The notes beneath the pieces are model-generated. The model saw only the letters and a list, made by a program, of their open reading frames with translations, was not told where the DNA came from and did no database searches. The position numbers and the translations under genes are program-made. 56,577 nt of DNA. Origin: a virus (Duplodnaviria; Caudoviricetes). Positions 25,323-36,900 of this stretch are shown piece by piece. The stretch covers positions 1 through 56,577 of the IMG/VR virus record IMGVR_UViG_3300046786_000614; one strand, 5' to 3'. Every line of letters starts with the position of its first letter. The stretch's first letter is position 1.

Positions 25323-28040
25323 ATGACGCGAGCAACACTCGCGTTCTTTGCATTCAACCGCGGCATCGTCAGCCGCCTGGGTGCTGCTCGCCAAGACATC
25401 AAGCGCCTGGCACTGGGTGCCAAGACGATGACCAACTGGGTCACCCGGGCGCTGGGCAGCATGAACATCCGCCCGGGCCTGGGGTACATCGGATCGACCA
25501 ATGGCGACAACGAAGCCGCCCACATCCCATTCGTGTTCAGCCTGAGCGACAAAGCGCTGGTTGAACTGACCGCCAATGCGATGCGGGTATTGGTGAATGA
25601 TGAGGTGATCACCCGCCCCGAGGTCTCGGCTGCCGTCACCAACGGCACGTTTGACACTGATGTGTCGGGATGGACCGATGATGATGAGGCCGGCGCCACA
25701 AGCTCATGGGCGACCGGTGGGTATATGCAGTTGGTGGGGACCGGCACCACAGCTGCGCGCCGCACCCAGGCCATCGCCATTGGAACTTACACGGGTATTG
25801 AGCACGCCCTGAAGATCGTGGTGCAGCGAGGTCCGGTGGTGCTGCGGGTAGGATCCACCGCCGGCAATGATGACTACATCACCGAGGCCACCCTGCAGAC
25901 CGGGACGCATAGCCTGCGACTGGTTCCGACCGGCACCTTTTACATCCGCTTTCAGAGCACCCTGCTGCGCCAAGTGCAGGTAAGCGAGTGCTCGATCGAG
26001 GCGGCCGGCGCCATGGAGGTGGTCACCCCGTGGGGTGCCAGCGATCTGGACAACGTGCGGTGGGACTCCAGCGGCGACGTGCTGTTTGTGGCGTGCAAGG
26101 ACAAGCAGCAATACCGCATCGAGCGCCGCGCCACTCGCAGCTGGTCGGTGGTCAAGTTTTACAGTGATGATGGTCCGTTCCTGCTTGAGAATACCGGCCC
26201 GATCACCCTCACGCCAAGCGTGACCACCGGCAACGGCACCCTGACGGCAAGCATGGCGCTTTTCAAAAGCACCAACGTGGGCGGCATTTATCAGGTTACC
26301 CATACGGGCCAGCGCGTCAGCGTGATCGCCAGCACGGACAACATCTTCACCACCGACGAGTTCAAGGTGACCGGCACCGGTACCACTCGAGCCATCACGG
26401 TGAACATCAGCGGCACGGTAGGCTGGAGTGCCACCATCCAGGTGCAACGCAGTGTGAGCTCTTCTTCCGGGCCTTGGTCGGACGTGACCACCTATTCTGC
26501 CGACACCACAACCAGCTACAACGATGGACTGGACAATCAGACAACCTGGTACCGCATTGGCATCAAGACTGGCGGGTGGGTTAGCGGCACCATCACCTGC
26601 AGCATGAGCGTGGGCGTAGGGACCACCAAGGGCATCTGCCGGGTGCTTGGCTTTACCAGCGCAACGGTGGTCGACATGGAAGTGCTGCGCCAGTTTGCCG
26701 CCATCACTGCCAGCGACACCTGGGCAGAAGGTCAATGGAGTGACCGCCGCGGATGGCCTTCTGCCGTGGGTTTCCATGAGGGCCGCCTTTGGTGGGCTGG
26801 AAAGGACAAGATCAATGGCAGTGTGTCAGATGCCTTTGACAGCAACGACCCGGACTACGAGGGAGATGCGGGACCGATCAGCCGCAGCATCGGATCCGGC
26901 CCGGTCGACGTCATCAACTGGCTGCTGCCACTTCAGCGCTTGATCGCCGGCGCGCAGGGCGCCGAGTTCAGCTGCCGCAGCACCAGCCTGGACGAACCGT
27001 TGACGCCTACCAATTTCAACCTGAAGCCCTCAAGCACTCAGGGCGGAGCGGCGGTGCGCGCGACCAAGGTGGACAGCACTGGCATATTCGTGCAGCGCGG
27101 CGGCGTGCGAGTGTACGAGCTTGCGATCGACGCCCAGACCTACGACTACGGCAGCACGCACTTGAGCGCGGTATGTCCGGAGATCGGCAGGCCAGGCTTT
27201 GTGCGCGCCTCCTTCCAGCGCCAGCCAGAGCCGCGGTGGCACGGAGTGCGCAGCGATGGCACGGTGGCCATACTCGCCTTCGACAAGAATGAACAGGTAG
27301 TGGCCTGGTGCGAGGTCGAGACCGACGGGCAGATTGAGGATGTAGCGGTGTTGCCGGGCGATCCAGGTACTGAGGAGGACCAGGTTTACTACGTGGTCAA
27401 GCGGACCATCAACGGCACTACCAAGCGCTACCTCGAGCGATGGGCAAACGAACTCGACTGCCGCCCGAACAGCAACGGCACCCTGACCATCAGCCATTTG
27501 GGAGACTCTTACGTGCTGTATGAGGGCACGCCGCAGAACGTCATTGCCGGCCTGGATCACCTTGAGGGCGAGCAGGTGGTGGTGTGGGCCGATGGTGCTG
27601 ACGTCAGCTACGACACTGACGATACGACCCTGCTCCACACCGTGACCGGTGGCCAGATCACCCTGCCTGAACCGGCAAGCAATGTGATGGTGGGGCTGCC
27701 CTACACTGCCCAATGGGAGAGCACCAAGCTGCTGCAAATCCCGGCCCAGATAGGCTCGCCGCTCAACCAGTTCAAGAACATCAACAACATGGGCCTGGTG
27801 CTGGCCGACACCCACGCGCGCGGCCTGCGCTTCGGACACACCTTCAATGCGCTGGACGATATGCCGAGCGAAGAAGGGGGCACCTGGGTAGATCCGGACA
27901 CCATCCATGTTGACTACGACGAGCAGGAGTTTGTGTTCCCCGGGGATTGGCACGTTGATCACCGGCTGTGCCTGGAAGGGCGAGCCCCAAGGCCGGCGAC
28001 CGTGGTGGCCGTGACCTGCGACGTGAGGATGAACGAATGA
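25323..28040 (+). CDS. Tail tubular protein B / nozzle (T7 gp12-like)
   Basis: FNRGIVS N-terminus, GWPSAVGFHEGRLWW, VVAW, VKRTING..KRYLE, VGLPY. Confidence 0.85.
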   Translation: MTRATLAFFAFNRGIVSRLGAARQDIKRLALGAKTMTNWVTRALGSMNIRPGLGYIGSTNGDNEAAHIPFVFSLSDKALVELTANAMRVLVNDEVITRPEVSAAVTNGTFDTDVSGWTDDDEAGATSSWATGGYMQLVGTGTTAARRTQAIAIGTYTGIEHALKIVVQRGPVVLRVGSTAGNDDYITEATLQTGTHSLRLVPTGTFYIRFQSTLLRQVQVSECSIEAAGAMEVVTPWGASDLDNVRWDSSGDVLFVACKDKQQYRIERRATRSWSVVKFYSDDGPFLLENTGPITLTPSVTTGNGTLTASMALFKSTNVGGIYQVTHTGQRVSVIASTDNIFTTDEFKVTGTGTTRAITVNISGTVGWSATIQVQRSVSSSSGPWSDVTTYSADTTTSYNDGLDNQTTWYRIGIKTGGWVSGTITCSMSVGVGTTKGICRVLGFTSATVVDMEVLRQFAAITASDTWAEGQWSDRRGWPSAVGFHEGRLWWAGKDKINGSVSDAFDSNDPDYEGDAGPISRSIGSGPVDVINWLLPLQRLIAGAQGAEFSCRSTSLDEPLTPTNFNLKPSSTQGGAAVRATKVDSTGIFVQRGGVRVYELAIDAQTYDYGSTHLSAVCPEIGRPGFVRASFQRQPEPRWHGVRSDGTVAILAFDKNEQVVAWCEVETDGQIEDVAVLPGDPGTEEDQVYYVVKRTINGTTKRYLERWANELDCRPNSNGTLTISHLGDSYVLYEGTPQNVIAGLDHLEGEQVVVWADGADVSYDTDDTTLLHTVTGGQITLPEPASNVMVGLPYTAQWESTKLLQIPAQIGSPLNQFKNINNMGLVLADTHARGLRFGHTFNALDDMPSEEGGTWVDPDTIHVDYDEQEFVFPGDWHVDHRLCLEGRAPRPATVVAVTCDVRMNE

Positions 28041-28648
28041 GTTTCGAAGCGTTGATGCAGTTCATCCCTGCCATGCTGACAGGTGGCGGCGCCGGCATGG
28101 AGTATGGCGCCAACCGATCGGCTGCCGGCGGATCCAGAGTGGCTGCCCAGCGTCAGGCAGCGGCACTGCAGTTCCAGGCTGCCCAGGCCCGCCAGAATGC
28201 TGGACAGGAGATCGCGGCGGGTCAGCAAGATGCGGCCGAGCAGCAACGACAGATCAGGCTGATGAACAGCCGTGCGCTGGCCTTGGCGGCCGCCAGTGGC
28301 GCCGGCGCGACTGACCCCACCATCGTGAAGATCATCAGCAACAATGCCGGAGAAGGGGCGTACCGCGCCGCGGTGAGCATGTACAAAGGCGAGGAGCGGG
28401 CCCGGGCCATGCGGATGGAAGCTGCCGCCCGAGACTACGACGCCAGGATGGCTGTGGAAGATGGCGAGCGCCGCGCCGGCGCCTACGATCGCGCCGCGGT
28501 GGGCAGCATATTCAAAGGCGCCGCCAGCCTGGCCATGCGCTACGGGTACGACAAGCCCAAGGTCAACGACGGCGGTGGCAAGTGGACCAGCGGCGCAGAT
28601 CTGCCGACCGGTGACACCTGGGCCAGCAACGACTACTACTCATACTGA
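28037..28648 (+). CDS. Internal virion (ejection) protein, gp14-like
   Basis: Ala/Gln-rich, AAASG motif; first gene after the nozzle. Confidence 0.7.
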   Translation: MSFEALMQFIPAMLTGGGAGMEYGANRSAAGGSRVAAQRQAAALQFQAAQARQNAGQEIAAGQQDAAEQQRQIRLMNSRALALAAASGAGATDPTIVKIISNNAGEGAYRAAVSMYKGEERARAMRMEAAARDYDARMAVEDGERRAGAYDRAAVGSIFKGAASLAMRYGYDKPKVNDGGGKWTSGADLPTGDTWASNDYYSY

Positions 28649-28650
28649 CC

Positions 28651-30969
28651 ATGCCGCGCATCCCATCCGTTGAAGGTTCAGCCCGGCCAACCCCGCAACC
28701 GGCGGGCAACATCACGCGCATAGGCGCCGGTGACGCTGACAGCCTGACCGCTGAGGCGCGGGTAACCGCACAGCAGGGCGGCATGCTCATGCAAGCCGGA
28801 GATCAACTGGCGGCCCGGCAAAAGGAGTTCGACAAGGAGGTCGAGCGTGAGCAGCTGCGGGTAGACACCCTGCGTGCTGAAGATGCCATGACCAAGCTGC
28901 GCGAGAAGCAGTTGGCCTTGAGCCTGGGAGACAAGGGGTATACCAAGGTGCAGGGCACCGCCGCCCTGTCCCGCCCATTGCTGAAAGACTACGGCGACCT
29001 GTTCGACGCCGAAGTCAAAGGCATGATGGGCGAGCTCGGCAACGACCAGCAGAAGGATCTCTTTCGCCAGCGCGCGCAGGTGGTCAACCTGCAGTACCGC
29101 GAGGGCATCCTCCGGCACCTGGCCACCGAAAGCCGGCAGGCCCAGAAGCAGCAACTCGAGGGCACGGTGGCGGTGGAGATCAAGCAGGCGACTGCGAACT
29201 GGGACAAGCCTGACGAGGTGGGCTTCAGCATCGAGCGCGTGCGCGCCGGCATCAACCGCATGGCAGAGATCGACGGGTGGGACAGCAAGTACACCCAGGC
29301 CAAGACCAAGGAAGTGCTGGGCAAGATCCACGATGCGGTGATCGACCAGATGATCAGCAGCGGGCAGCTGGTGCGCGCGCAGGACTGGTACAAGGCCAAC
29401 AAGGAGGACGTGGACGTCGGCACTGCCAAGACCATCCAGGCCAAGACGGTCGATGCCCAGCAGCGCGAGATCTTCAACGGGTACCAGGCCGGGTACCTGG
29501 CCAACCAGGAGAGCATCCCGGGCCTGAAGGGCATCCTGGCCCAGGTGAGCGCCGACAAGACCCTGAGCGATGAACGCAAGAATGTACTTGTAGGCAGGTT
29601 CCAGAGCCGTATCGAGGGCATTGAGCGCAAGCAGGAGGCCGCAGCCGACCGGGCCGAGCGCCGCGCCACCACCGAACTGAACGCCATGATCACCCGCATC
29701 GGGCAGGGCTGGGAGCCCAGCATCGAGCAGATGGGCGGGCTGATCCAGGCGGCCAAGGGGCGGCCGCAGCTGGCCGGCCTAGTCAACGATGTAATCCAGA
29801 CGGCCAACGCCACCCGTGTGTTCAGGCAGGCAGACCCGGTGGTGCAGGAGCGCCTGATCAGCGAGGCGACCGTTGCAGTGCGGGAAGGCAAGATCGCGCC
29901 CAAGCTGCTCAACACCTTCCAGTCGATCGCCGAGCACCAGCAGAAGGTGCGCGATGCTGACCCGACCAGCTATGCCGTGCAGCAGGGCATTGTGGGTACC
30001 GACGAACTGGCGGCCAAGCCGATCGACCTGACCAAGCCTGACCCGAACCAGCTGCAAGCCCGCATGGATCTGGGCCGCGCCATGGCTCAGCGGTACCGGA
30101 CCCCCTTCAAGCCGCTGACCGAGGAGGAGCGCAAGCTGGCGACCGCCACGCTGCGCAACGGCAGCCCTGAACAGCGCCGTGACTTCTTCAAGAACTTGAG
30201 CCTGGCCACTGGTGACGATACGAACGGGTACAAGGCCATCATGGCCCAGATCGCCCCTGACGACCCGGTAACCGCGGTGGCTGGTTTGTTTGCTCGCCGG
30301 GGAATGAAAGACGCACAAGGGGCGGCGGTGGCCGACAGGCTGCTCGACGGGCTGGCCATCCTGCGCCCCAACAAGACCACGGACGGCAAGTCGGGCGGCA
30401 CCCTGCTGCCGATGCCCAAAGAATCCGAGATGCGCAAGGAATGGGACAACTATGCGCGTGGCGCATACGCTGGCAGCCCGAGCGCCAACAACGTGACCTT
30501 CCAAGCCGCCCAGGCCATCTATGCCAGCCTGAGCAAGCAGGCCGGCGACCGCGATACCAGTGTGCTGGATGCCAAGCGCTGGACCCAAGCCATGCAGGAG
30601 GCCAGCGGTGGTATCACCCGGCACGCCGGCAAGGAAGTGGTCAAGCCATGGGGGCTGGGCGACGGTGAATTTGCAGACCAGCTGGACACCCGCCTGCGCA
30701 TGATCGCGAACAGCGGCAACCTCGAGCAGGGCATGAGCCTGAGCAAGTTGCGCGACCTGCCCCTGCGCCCCGACAAGGATGGCATCTACGTGCTGTCGAT
30801 CGGCGATCGAGCGCTGACCGACAAGACCGGCAAGGTGATCACGATCGACTTTAACCAAGCCCTGCCCGCCAATGCAGTGCAAAGCAAGACCCCGACCAGC
30901 GCCGCCGAGATCGAGCGTGCCAGGCTTGAGCGCGTGACCCGCGCGCGCGACATCAGGCAGCAGCCATGA
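28651..30969 (+). CDS. Internal virion (ejection) protein, gp15-like
   Basis: MPRIP start; 772 aa helical protein; position. Confidence 0.7.
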   Translation: MPRIPSVEGSARPTPQPAGNITRIGAGDADSLTAEARVTAQQGGMLMQAGDQLAARQKEFDKEVEREQLRVDTLRAEDAMTKLREKQLALSLGDKGYTKVQGTAALSRPLLKDYGDLFDAEVKGMMGELGNDQQKDLFRQRAQVVNLQYREGILRHLATESRQAQKQQLEGTVAVEIKQATANWDKPDEVGFSIERVRAGINRMAEIDGWDSKYTQAKTKEVLGKIHDAVIDQMISSGQLVRAQDWYKANKEDVDVGTAKTIQAKTVDAQQREIFNGYQAGYLANQESIPGLKGILAQVSADKTLSDERKNVLVGRFQSRIEGIERKQEAAADRAERRATTELNAMITRIGQGWEPSIEQMGGLIQAAKGRPQLAGLVNDVIQTANATRVFRQADPVVQERLISEATVAVREGKIAPKLLNTFQSIAEHQQKVRDADPTSYAVQQGIVGTDELAAKPIDLTKPDPNQLQARMDLGRAMAQRYRTPFKPLTEEERKLATATLRNGSPEQRRDFFKNLSLATGDDTNGYKAIMAQIAPDDPVTAVAGLFARRGMKDAQGAAVADRLLDGLAILRPNKTTDGKSGGTLLPMPKESEMRKEWDNYARGAYAGSPSANNVTFQAAQAIYASLSKQAGDRDTSVLDAKRWTQAMQEASGGITRHAGKEVVKPWGLGDGEFADQLDTRLRMIANSGNLEQGMSLSKLRDLPLRPDKDGIYVLSIGDRALTDKTGKVITIDFNQALPANAVQSKTPTSAAEIERARLERVTRARDIRQQP

Positions 30970-33900
30970 GCCTCGACCTGTACAGCGACGAACTGCAACG
31001 CAGCAACCGCGCCGGCGGCGTGGCCGGCAACGTAGAGCCCGGCCTGTTCGAAGGCTTTGTCCGTGGCACCGGCATGTTCGCGATGAAGGAGTTTGCCAAG
31101 ACGGCGCGATCGGTGAGCATGGCCGGCGCATCCATCCCGGTGGCGATCGATGCCATCACCGGCGGCACCACGCTGCAGGACAAGTACTTCAAGAGCCACG
31201 AGGACACCTTCGGCAGCGCGGTCAAATTCTGGGATCCGGACCCGGGCACCGTGGGCGAGGCGGGTCAGATCGCCGGTAGCCTGATCGGCCTGCTGCCACA
31301 GATCATCGCCAACCCGGCTGCTGCGGTGGCCAGCCAGCAACTGAGCAGCGCCGAGGATCTGGTGACCAAGCCCGGCGTGAGCGCCAACAAGGCCATGGCG
31401 GTGGGCGCCGTCCAGGCCGTGGGTTTGGGCCTGGGCATCTGGGCGCCACCGGCGCTGGGGTACAACCTGGGCAGCAGGATAGCGGCCGGCGCCGGCATCA
31501 ACTTGCTGCAGGGTGTCCTGACCCGAGGCGCCAGCAGCGCTATCTTGGACGGCACCGAGGCTGCCAAAGACTTCCCGGCCTTGGGCGGCAAGGAGATGAC
31601 GCTGGACCTGCTGCTGGGCGCCGCCTTCGGTGGTGCGGCTCATGTGGTGCCAAGCTGGCGCGCGGAAACGGAAGCGTGGACCGATCGACTGAACGTCAAG
31701 GCCCAGCGTGAGATTCGCGAGGAGATGGGCGCCGCGACGCCCTTCGACCTTGGCGCCGCTGCTGCAAGGGTGAACAAGCAGTATTCCGACGCAATATCGG
31801 AATGGGCACAGAACGTCACCCCCACCCAGAAAGCCGCCCTGGCCACCTTGCGCGTGGCGCAGCATGCCAACGTGGACAGCCTGCCTGGCAGGCCCACCCA
31901 TGCCGGTGCCGTCGACGCCAACCGTGAGCGCCTGTCGGAAGCGATCGACAGCCTGCTGAAAGACAAACCCCTGCCGCCCGAAGGCAGGACCGCTACGGCG
32001 CCCGATGCGCGCCCGGTACCTGAAACGCCCACCATTCGGGACGTGAGCGACATCGCGCTGCGGCAAGCTGGCGAGACCCCGGAACTGACGCAGAACATGG
32101 TGCCCGCGCGCGACTGGGAGATCCTGACCAGACTGGGCCTTGTACAGGAAGGCAAGACTGCGGAAGGGAACACCTACCAGTACGTCGACACCGCCTCGGC
32201 ACTTGGGCCTGAGCGCGATGCCAGAGCCCAGATCGAAGCGGATGAGCGCGCACAGGGCGTGCCGATCGAAGAGAAGATCGCCGGCCTCGAGAACCGCATC
32301 GCAGCGTATGAGCGCGCGATCGAGGACACCCGCTTCACCGAACCCGACAAGGTAGGCGAGCTCGAGACCAAGCTGGACATGCTCAACGAGCGCCTGGCCA
32401 CCCTGAAGGAAGAGCGCCCCGACTTCGAGGTCGACCCCGAGAAGACAGCCCAGGCAGTAGAGACCACCCGCGCCATGCGGGAAGGCAATGCCGAGATGCG
32501 TGATCCGGATATGCCGGAGCAGGTCGAGGTGCTCGAACCTACCCAGCAGCGCCTTGAGCGCGAGATCGGACAATCCATTGAGGGCATGAAAGGGTTTGCC
32601 CCCGGGGAGCATGCGCTGGCAGCCCGCTTGGGCGCCACTTTTGTGAACGCTCTTGCAAGGGCGGTAGCTAAGCCCGCCGGGTTGGATCCTGATGTGGTTG
32701 CCGCAAGGCTTGGATTTAAACGCGCTGGCGCCCCATCTGGTGAGGCCCTGACCCAACCGCGCCGCACGCCGGCCGACCTGATCGAGCGGTACCGGCCACG
32801 GGTGGAGACCAGCCAGTACGGCGGCCGGGTGTACGCCAATGACTACATGGAGCTCGGCAACAGCGAGGCCATCGGGTCTGGCAAGGGCATCAAGGGTGAC
32901 CGCCGGGTGTTTCGCATCATGGACAAGCAGACCGGCGCCGCGGCCGACGTCGGGTTCGTAATCGTCGAGATCGACAAGAACGGGAAGTTCGCCGCGCTGC
33001 GCAACATCGAGATCCGCAAGGACTACCGTGGCAATGGGGCTGGTGAGCGGGTAGTGGCCACCATGCTGGCGCACAACGGGCCTGGCTACGAGATGGACAT
33101 TGTAGACATCACTCATGCGGGTGGTGACGGGATTGGTAGCGACACCGATGCGCTGCCGTTCTGGAAGAAGAACGGCACCCAGCTGATCAACTACAGCCGG
33201 GATCCCAATGTGCAAATGGATGGTATGCTCTCGCTTGAGGACTACCTGGGAGCCAGACGTGGACGAGGAACTGAAGAAGGCAATCAAGGAGCAGCAGCGG
33301 AAGACCTATCGGCCGACCGAGGCGGAAGAGGAGCAGCAGCAGGCGGCATGCGCGGAGGCGGACCTTCGGCAGCAGACCGCGCAGAGCTTGCCAGAATAAA
33401 CGGCACCCTTTTCCAGGGCGAAAACGGCAAGTGGTACTACTCAGCCCTGGGAAGGGCAATAGACAACAGCCCCACCAAGGCGGCTGACGCCAACGGCTGG
33501 AAGCAATGGCTCAAGGGCCTGGTAAACAAGGGCACGGTGAAGGCCGACGAGATCAAGGCCACCGAGCTCGAGGAATACCTCGACGCCACCCAAGGCAAGA
33601 TCACCAAGGAACAGCTGCAGACCTTCATGCAAGAGGGTGGCGTGCGCGTGGAGGAGGTGCAGCTAGGTGCGCCACCTGATGAGCCGCCGGAGATTGCAGT
33701 CAAGCGCCAGCGCTTTCAAGACCTGGTCGACATTGAGGAGGACCCACAGAGCAATCGATCGCTCACGCCGGCCGAGCGCGCCGAGATGGATCAGTTGCTG
33801 GGGGATCTGCGCGATCACCCCAACCCATGGCTACGCCAGCGTGAGGACACCACCACGCACTTCGCAAGCTTCCAACTCCCAGGCGCCAAAGAAGGAAGCT

Positions 33901-36900
33901 ACAGGGAGATAGCGCTGGTGCTGCCGGAAACACCTGCCACGCGCAAAGCTAGAGCAGCAATGGAAGCGCGCAACGCTACCAGAGAAGTGGGCAGAAAAGA
34001 GGTTTTCGACAGGTATGCTCCGGCGATTGAAGAGGCTTATAAGGCCTACGATTCACTGCCATGGGATGCGCCTCGACAAGTCAAAGACACCATGTACGGG
34101 GAAATGGAAGCGCTGATGATTCAGCGTGACACAGAAGCCGCGGCATTGCATGGGGAAATGGAAGAGCGGGTCACCGCGCGCGATGCTGGTGCGTACAAAG
34201 TCCCCCAGGGCCACAGCATGGGAGACAAGGCAGACACCAACCGCATAGCCCACATACGCTTCAACGAGCGTACAGGCCCCAACGGCGAGCGCGTGCTCTT
34301 CATTGAGGAGATCCAGAGCGACTGGGCGCAGCAGGGGAAGAAATACGGGTTTGCTGGCGGCGAGCCTGAATTGAAGCCCGGATATCGAATCTGGCAAATG
34401 GAGAATGGCCGCTGGCGCATCGACAAGGACGACAACCCGAACCGCGCCTGGACAACCAACGACACGCGCGAAGGGGCGCTGAAGTCAGCCCTGAGCATGG
34501 GCGCTGCCACGCAAAGCGATATACCCAACGCCCCTTTCGTAGGCAAGACCGACGCATGGGTAGCCCTAAGCCTAAAGCGCATGATCAGGTATGCGGCCGA
34601 GAACGGATTCGACCAAGTAGCCTGGACAACCGGAGAGCAGCAGGCAGCGCGGTACAACCTGGCCCAGGTGGTGCACCAGATTGACGTGGTTGGCAGGACC
34701 GATGCTCGCACCGGTGAGCAGACGCGCCAGGTTGTAATTCATGCCAAAGATGGCAGCGCCATCACGCTGGGCGTGAACAACGCTGGCAAAGTCGACAACG
34801 CCAAGCCAGCCGACTACCAGGGCAAGAATCTTGAGGACATCGTAGGCAAGGCCATGGCCGAGAAGATCATGGCAAACCGCACCCAGACGATTGCAGGCGA
34901 TGGCCTGAAGATCGGAGGGGAGGGCATGGCGGGCTTCTACGACAAGATCGTCCCAACGGTAGTCAAGGACGTGCTGAAGAAGCTGGGGGGCGGGAAAGTT
35001 GATGTGGTCAACCTGAAAACCCCTGATGAAATGACGCCCCTAGAAAAACTGCAAGAGGCCAGGGACGCGTCAGGCATGACCATGAACGAATGGATGCGGA
35101 TGACTTCACAGGAACAAAAAGCCGCTACCGAGGAATACTGGCGAAACAAGCCGGTGGAAACCATGGCCCAGCAGGGCCTTACCATCACCCCCGAGATGCG
35201 CGCAAAGGTAATGGAGGGGCAAGCGCTCTTCCAATCCGCAAGCCCCTACGGGCTCGAGGCATTTGGCATAAAATCACTGGATGAAATATCCCCAGCGTAC
35301 CGAACGCCTGAAGCTTGGCGGGAAGTCCCGGCCGCCATGCGGAATGTGGACACCGCCCGCGCGCTACGGCAATCGGTCATCGACTTCGAGCAAGGTCTCA
35401 ACCGGGAATTCGGCTGGACAGAAGGCATCCAGCATGTCTGGATCAACCTCGACGCCAACGGCAACCTGAGTATTGACCGGGCCGCCAACCTCACGCCAGA
35501 GCAGCGCCTGGCTGTGGTGGAGGGGGCTAAGGCCTATGCTGACGCCAACGACCTTGGCCTGACCGTTCGCCGTAGCGCTGCCGGCGACCTTGGTGATGAT
35601 CTATTGAGCAACGCTGGGCTGAAGAACTGGATCAGCATCCAGCAGACGGCAACGGGCGTCAAGGCGCCGCCTAACCAGGTACTGTGGGTCAAGGATCCTC
35701 GAGGTGCAGCACTCTTCCGGCGCCCGGTAAGCAAGAAGTCAGAGGCTCGCGGCTTCCTGGACATTGCCGCCGATCGCAAGCTCACCATCGGCCTGCTGGA
35801 CAACTCCGACCCCAGCACCCTGATCCATGAGCCGGCGCATGCCTTCCTCGAGATCCTGAACGACCTGGCCAAGACCACGCCGGAGCTCGAGGGCTGGATG
35901 AAAATTTTCTTCGATGACAACGGGATCACCCGCCAGCAGTGGGATGGCTGGGGCATCAACGAAAAGCGGGTGTACCACGAGCGGTTTGCCCGCGGCTTCG
36001 AGTCCTACGTCATGAGCGGCAAGGCCCCGACCGAAGAATTGCGCAACCTGTTCCAGCGCTTCAGGGACTGGCTGATCGCGATCTACAAGTCGGCCACCTC
36101 ATTGAACGTGAAGGTGAGCAAGGAAATGGAAGGTCTGTATGCCAAGCTGCTGGGCAGCGAGCAGGCAGACCCGTCGACCACCGCGCCGGCGCCCCGGGCA
36201 ACGGACCTGGAGTCTCCTCCTCCTCCTCCCTCCAGGGGCGAAGAAGGGGCGCCGGCTGCCGGTGGAATGTTCGATGACCTGGTGGCAGAGAAGCCGGCCT
36301 ACGCTGACAAGACCATCGATGATCCAGACATGCGCGAGGTGCTGCGTACCATGGCTGAGAGCGAGGCCGGATGGGCGCAGATAGGCGGTAGGAACTTGAC
36401 TGGTGAGACCGGCGTATTCAACCGCAGCACCTGGATACCCAAGGCTGAATGGTGGCTGGATAGGCCGGACAACATCAAAAAACTGAAGGAAGCGGAGTAC
36501 TATTCGATCGTTGACAAAGCCCTGATGGGCGAGCCGTTAAAGCCGATCGAGCAGCGCGCCATTGACTTCATGTTGGCCAAGGCAAATGAGCGCCTGAGGT
36601 TTGACCACGAGCATGGCCCAGCGGAAGTGGATGCGCTCACCAGTGAACTGCAAGGCGCCGATCTTGATCCAAGTCTGAAGAACCTGCGGGCTGTGGATGC
36701 GGTGGCGATAGCGCACCAGATTGACCCGGCCAAGGTAGAGCGGTTGGCCATGGAATTCCAGGACGATGATGCCGGATTTGTGGCAGGCATTGAAAGGATG
36801 ATCGATGATCACAAGAACAGCCAAGCTGCTGCAAGCAGCGCTGAAAACCAGCCAGCGCCGGCAAAGCCAGCCGCCGATACAAACGGCGCTCGGTCAGCCG

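Noticed and set aside
30786-33287. Long antisense ORFs (833 aa here; also 19137-20600, 17821-19140, 29779-31131, 9977-11080)
   Set aside because: Shadow frames of GC-rich coding genes on the opposite strand, with no recognisable motifs
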